Below are positions 31,746 through 32,000 of a DNA stretch of 32,000 nucleotides, in pieces. The notes beneath the pieces were generated by a model. That model was not told the DNA's origin. It was given only the letters and a program-made list of their open reading frames with translations, and did no database searches. Every line of letters starts with the position of its first letter. The first letter of the stretch is position 1. This DNA comes from Burkholderiaceae bacterium (GTDB taxonomy: Bacteria; Pseudomonadota; Gammaproteobacteria; Burkholderiales; Burkholderiaceae_C). Location of the stretch: NCBI GenBank assembly GCA_965234735.1, contig OZ248542.1. One strand, given 5' to 3'. Both the position numbers and the translations under genes were made by a program.

Positions 31746-32000
31746 ATGACCTACAAACACCTCAGCCAAGCTGAAAGATATCAGATTCATGCCCTTATGA
31801 AAGCCGGACACGATCAGTCTCAAATAGCCAAACTGCTGGACCGGCACAAGTCCACCATCAGTCGGGAGTTGAGCCGCAACACTGGCTCTCGAGGTTACCG
31901 CCCCAAGCAGGCTTGTGAGATGTCTGCTGATCGAGCGCAGAACAGCCGTAACGCCAATACGGTGCCAGCTTGGGTGAATGACCAAGCGCAGTTGCTGCTG
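31746..32000 (+). CDS. IS30-family DDE transposase, N-terminal 85 aa (open-ended)
   Basis: My own translation gives MTYKHLSQAERYQIHALMKAGHDQSQIAKLLDRHKSTISRELSRNTGSRGYRPKQACEMSADRAQNSRNAN..., the characteristic IS30 HTH N-terminus. It is missing from the ORF track because there is no stop in the window. The minus-strand ORF 31680..31985 is its shadow. Confidence 0.85.
   Translation, partial: MTYKHLSQAERYQIHALMKAGHDQSQIAKLLDRHKSTISRELSRNTGSRGYRPKQACEMSADRAQNSRNANTVPAWVNDQAQLLL

Larger units (their letters stand above)
31651..32000 (+). mobile_element. IS30-family insertion sequence, left part (continues beyond the window); the left boundary is approximate
   Basis: It contains the transposase N-terminus (see the CDS). 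GGATTCAAGCACGAAGTGCAAC loosely resembles the IS30 IRL pattern (..GATTCAA...GCAAC) as I recall it. Confidence 0.6.

Noticed and set aside
1-32000. CRISPR arrays, rRNA genes, prophage structural genes and conjugation (T4SS/relaxase) genes.
   Set aside because: I looked for regularly spaced direct repeats and for the characteristic protein motifs on both strands and found none. The only regularly recurring repeats are the irregularly spaced island repeat family described in the findings.

Overview
The window looks like a Betaproteobacteria (Burkholderiales-type) chromosome; that taxon call is inferred from protein families and composition. It falls into two contrasting halves.

(A) 1-17.0 kb is a GC-rich core, roughly 60% or more by spot counts of a few lines. 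It holds a TerC fragment, two tandem PAP2 phosphatases, a SET-domain protein, a GNAT/CelD-like plus YkgJ-type Cys-cluster pair and a two-gene RND efflux operon. It also holds a complete divergent paaX / paaABCDE-paaZ phenylacetate catabolic locus, a secreted HExxH protein, a GDT1/TMEM165 cation exporter and a tRNA(CAT).

(B) From the 5' side of that tRNA (about 17.03 kb) to the window end is a visibly AT-richer mosaic island, roughly 35-50%. It is built of small modules in mixed orientation:
- a secreted protein plus a small lipoprotein
- a RelE/RHH toxin-antitoxin pair
- MerR plus a PaaI-type thioesterase
- an outer-membrane beta-barrel protein
- a DUF4188-like protein
- a six-gene His/Cys-rich putative metal-handling cluster (DMT with poly-His tail, two CzcI-like proteins, HupE/UreJ)
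- a short 190-aa FimB/FimE-sized tyrosine recombinase behind a 1.25-kb noncoding leader
- an uncharacterised four-gene cluster containing a clamp-loader-like AAA+ ATPase
- the start of an IS30-family element

The most interesting signals are not genes:
1. An island-restricted family of structured repeats (5' box GCGTCCAGNRAC plus hairpin TGTCGG-N5-CCGACA) sits at every module junction. One module, the OMP gene, is bracketed by a 14-bp perfect duplication of the box.
2. A 15-bp perfect inverted repeat (ATTCAAGCACCAAGG) brackets the recombinase gene and its leader. A 13/15 third copy lies next to the IS30 end.

Together these suggest a recombinase-driven modular or invertible architecture. The alternative for the inverted repeat is an IS30-end-derived cassette. 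None of this can be confirmed without database searches or read data.
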